Part shown: piece after piece, positions 63,231 to 64,000 of the stretch
Position numbering within the stretch: the first letter of the stretch is position 1
How the letters are laid out: every line of letters starts with the position of its first letter
Assembly (NCBI GenBank): GCA_964574655.1
Contig: CAZNOH010000002.1
Location: 108,596 to 172,595 of the forward strand
Direction: 5' to 3'
From: an uncultured Candidatus Saccharibacteria bacterium
Lineage (GTDB): Bacteria > Patescibacteriota > JABMPQ01 > JAQVVF01
Length of the DNA: 64,000 nt
The notes under the pieces: model-generated
Seen by the model: the letters and a program-made list of their open reading frames with translations, nothing else
Databases searched by the model: none
Told to the model about the DNA's origin: nothing
Made by a program: the position numbers and the translations under genes

Positions 63231-64000
63231 ATGAAGATAAGATCAAAAATTTTAATAATTTCAATTGTACTTCTTATTACGGTAATAATAGGATCTTTAG
63301 TGATACAATATTTTTTTAAAAACAGAAGTGAAAATCAGCTAAATGCCGCATTGGAACAAGTCAATAGCGGCAACCCATTATCTGTAGAGGAAAATAATAT
63401 AATAAAGCGCTTGGTATCTGGCGAATCAATTTATTATCCAAATTTATCAAACGATGGAAAAGAGCTCGTTTATTTTTCAAACGATAAAAATAATTTTGTA
63501 ATTGCAAACCTAGATACAAAAAAAAGTCTTCTCCCTATGCCATTCGAAAAAATTGATAAAATTCTTGACATTACCTGGCTAGCAAATAATAAAATTGCTT
63601 TAGTAAAAAGTGCGAAAGAAAATTTAGAAGAAGGAACAGCTACACAAGAGTATTCAATTTACGATTTAAATAACAAAAAAAGGATTTCTTTGACGAATTT
63701 TAACAACGGATTAATAATTAATGATTCTCAATTCATTTATCAAAATTCAGAAGACGGTGCATTATATCTTTCTGATTACGAACAACAAAATCCCGAAGTG
63801 CTTATCAGATTTAATAATCCAGAGGATGCATTAAAAATTGTTTTTATCAGTACAAATAGCCAGTTCCTTTATTATTTGTATCCAGCTCAAGGCTCAGATA
63901 AATATAGTTTGCATCGTTTTGAATATGCCAACAGGGAGGATAAGATAATCACCGAAAATATCAATGCCACGCTATCTGACAAAAGTGGCACAAAAATATT
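63231..64000 (+). CDS. Membrane-anchored beta-propeller, paralog of 60178-61419; runs off the window
   Basis: Translated by hand: MKIRSKILII...PNLSNDGKELVYF...FVIANLD...IDKILDITW; open to base 64000. Confidence 0.75.
   Translation, partial: MKIRSKILIISIVLLITVIIGSLVIQYFFKNRSENQLNAALEQVNSGNPLSVEENNIIKRLVSGESIYYPNLSNDGKELVYFSNDKNNFVIANLDTKKSLLPMPFEKIDKILDITWLANNKIALVKSAKENLEEGTATQEYSIYDLNNKKRISLTNFNNGLIINDSQFIYQNSEDGALYLSDYEQQNPEVLIRFNNPEDALKIVFISTNSQFLYYLYPAQGSDKYSLHRFEYANREDKIITENINATLSDKSGTKI

Noticed and set aside
1-64000. Alternative genetic code (TGA=Gly, as in Gracilibacteria/Absconditabacteria)
   Set aside because: Conserved genes are full length under code 11, and TGA ends genes sensibly (for example pcrA at 46422 and the gene ending at 61419).

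Overview
AT-rich chromosomal segment whose gene content points to a Patescibacteria (CPR) genome, probably Parcubacteria/ABY1-like; this placement is inferred from gene content. It uses the standard code, with TGA as stop. From left to right: (i) five tandem VirB2/TrbC-like (T4SS-type) pilin genes followed by three GT-C-like membrane glycosyltransferases; (ii) an accessory stretch of ORFans, tRNA-Leu(TAG), sugar-phosphate enzymes and surface proteins; (iii) a housekeeping block, recF-dciA-darA-infB-rbfA-nrnA-cdaA-cdaR-clpP-rny-ymdB-galT-hup-pcrA-rsmA, which contains a complete c-di-AMP module; (iv) a CPR-type T4SS-like locus (VirB6-like, PrgI, VirB4) with an SGNH esterase-pilin-lytic transglycosylase fusion near its end. 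The most striking unexplained signal is non-coding. About 24 long (90-170 bp) imperfect palindromes, with arms built from 7-10 nt periodic units and often a CGNCG loop core, fill most intergenic gaps of the core and T4SS operons. One copy carries a four-helix-bundle (TIGR02436/23S-IVP-like) gene in its loop, one is inserted in frame in pcrA, and several supply stop codons. Together they look like a loaded/empty family of operon-invading hairpin elements. All family calls come from motif recognition by eye; no searches were run.
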